Of a stretch of 36,239 nt of DNA, positions 35,088 to 36,239 are shown one piece after another. The notes beneath the pieces were generated by a model. That model searched no databases, was not told where the DNA came from, and saw only the letters and a program-made list of their open reading frames with translations. How positions within the stretch are numbered: position 1 is the stretch's first letter; each line of letters starts with the position of its first letter. The translations under genes were made by a program, and so were the position numbers. The stretch is from a virus (taxonomy: Duplodnaviria > Caudoviricetes): IMG/VR virus record IMGVR_UViG_3300025653_003531, positions 1-36,239 of that record. The stretch is one strand, 5' to 3'.

Positions 35088-35493
35088 GCGAGAGAAGAAG
35101 CAAGAAGCTCTCTTGGAGAACATAAGAGCAGGAATGTCCATTGGCGCTTCATGCTCTCAAGCTGGTGTTGGTCGCACAACTCACTATGATTGGTATGACA
35201 AATATCCTGACTATGCTGAAGAGGTTGATGCTGCCATTGGCTTCTCTGAAGCTGTCATGCTTGCCAAGCTTGATCGATGCATTGACGACAAGATGGATTG
35301 GAGAGGCTGGGCTTGGAGATTATCAAAGCGCTTCCCTGATCTTTATGGCGACATGAAGCAAATTGAAATGAATGTCAGCAACAAATCCGATGGATCCGAA
35401 GAAGTTCTCAGCATGATGAAACAGCTAGAAGCACAGGTCCAAAATAAGGAAAGCCTAGTCCATAATTCAGGGGAGAACTCTGAAGAGGACTAG
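35020..35493 (+). CDS. terS: Terminase small subunit
   Basis: HTH GMSIGASCSQAGVGRTTHYDW and DWRGWAWRLSKRFP. Directly upstream of terL. Confidence 0.82.
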   Translation: MAGTKKKTSKTPKIKRKTKVQIEREKKQEALLENIRAGMSIGASCSQAGVGRTTHYDWYDKYPDYAEEVDAAIGFSEAVMLAKLDRCIDDKMDWRGWAWRLSKRFPDLYGDMKQIEMNVSNKSDGSEEVLSMMKQLEAQVQNKESLVHNSGENSEED

Positions 35494-35551
35494 GCCATCA
35501 CTGACATGAATACTTTGACAAGAAGTATCGAGCGGAAGACTAAATCATATT

Positions 35552-36239
35552 ATGACAGAAATCAAACTAAATCCTTTACAGCTTGAAATCATCAAAGGCA
35601 TCACTCGAAAAGACAAGGTAATAGCAGCGCGTTGTGGATGGGGTTCCGGCAAGACTTCAGCGCTTGTGTTCTCCATCCTATACCTTGCCAAGACTCGACC
35701 GGGAACATCTTCCTTGTTGGTCACTGACACAACACCAAGATACAACTCTGTCTTGATGCCAGAGATGGAGAAGTGGTTGAGTCCTCTTGGATGGACTTAT
35801 AACCACACTATGAAGCAGTGGACCGACCAGCATACAGGGAGTCAAGTGTGGTGTCGCTCTTACTTCCGACCGGGAACAAGAGAAGCAACTCATAATCCTC
35901 TTGAAGGTCTTAACGTAACAAGCGGAGTCTGTCTGATTGATGAATGTCAGACACTTACGATGGAGGTTGCTCACAAAGCGCTTGGTCGTCTTCGTGCTGG
36001 TCCGAGTCCGATCTTGATCTTGGTGGGTCTTCCGGTCGTTGATGCTTGGTGGGTTAATATGGCGGAGAGTCAAAACATTGCTCCCTTGTTCTTCAGCTCT
36101 TATGTCAACCAAGACAACCTTGCTGATGAATGGTTTGAAGCAACCAAGATGCTTCCACCGGATGAGCGAGAAGCCATGATCATGAATAAGCCAAAGCCAC
36201 CGAGCGGATTGATTTATTCAGAGTTCACCGAAGCGAGCC
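35552..36239 (+). CDS. terL: Terminase large subunit, N-terminal ATPase half (runs off the end, absent from the ORF track)
   Basis: Hand translation MTEIKLNPLQ (Q motif), CGWGSGKT (Walker A), LEGLN, CLIDECQ (Walker B) and ALGRLR. Open to the last base. Confidence 0.92.
   Translation, partial: MTEIKLNPLQLEIIKGITRKDKVIAARCGWGSGKTSALVFSILYLAKTRPGTSSLLVTDTTPRYNSVLMPEMEKWLSPLGWTYNHTMKQWTDQHTGSQVWCRSYFRPGTREATHNPLEGLNVTSGVCLIDECQTLTMEVAHKALGRLRAGPSPILILVGLPVVDAWWVNMAESQNIAPLFFSSYVNQDNLADEWFEATKMLPPDEREAMIMNKPKPPSGLIYSEFTEAS

Noticed and set aside
130-36112. Many short antisense or alternate-frame ORFs in the track (e.g. 130-417, 4463-4846, 17898-18329, 30165-30647, 35678-36112)
   Set aside because: They lie within well-supported genes and show no recognisable motifs, so they are treated as shadow ORFs.

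Overview
The window is an essentially complete, circularly permuted ~36.2 kb tailed-phage genome of siphovirus type, opened inside the large terminase gene (N-terminal ATPase half at 35552-36239, C-terminal nuclease half at 1-691). On the + strand, terL is followed by an accessory block: an AT-rich Dam-like adenine methyltransferase, a membrane-anchored class III nucleotidyl cyclase and a 2-TM coiled-coil protein, closed by a terminator. Next come a Mu-like head module (DUF935 portal, protease/scaffold, cement, major capsid, MuF-like), neck and tail genes with a -1 frameshifted G/GT chaperone, tape measure and tail tip, CHAP endolysin and holin, a repetitive tail fibre with variable accessory genes, three membrane proteins and a dCMP deaminase. 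A leftward operon encodes an HTH protein, three small proteins joined by repeated junction sequences, and a RecT-like recombinase. A rightward operon encodes an O-like initiator with iterons, a DnaC-like loader, RHH, SSB, a GHKL ATPase, ThyX and terS. No integrase, DNA polymerase, tRNA or CRISPR array was seen, and the host cannot be assigned. The most interesting items are the cyclase plus membrane-partner pair (Pycsar-like architecture, non-canonical specificity residues) and the ACTGACATG start motif with its cassette-like small-gene array. All family calls come from motif recognition by eye, not database searches.
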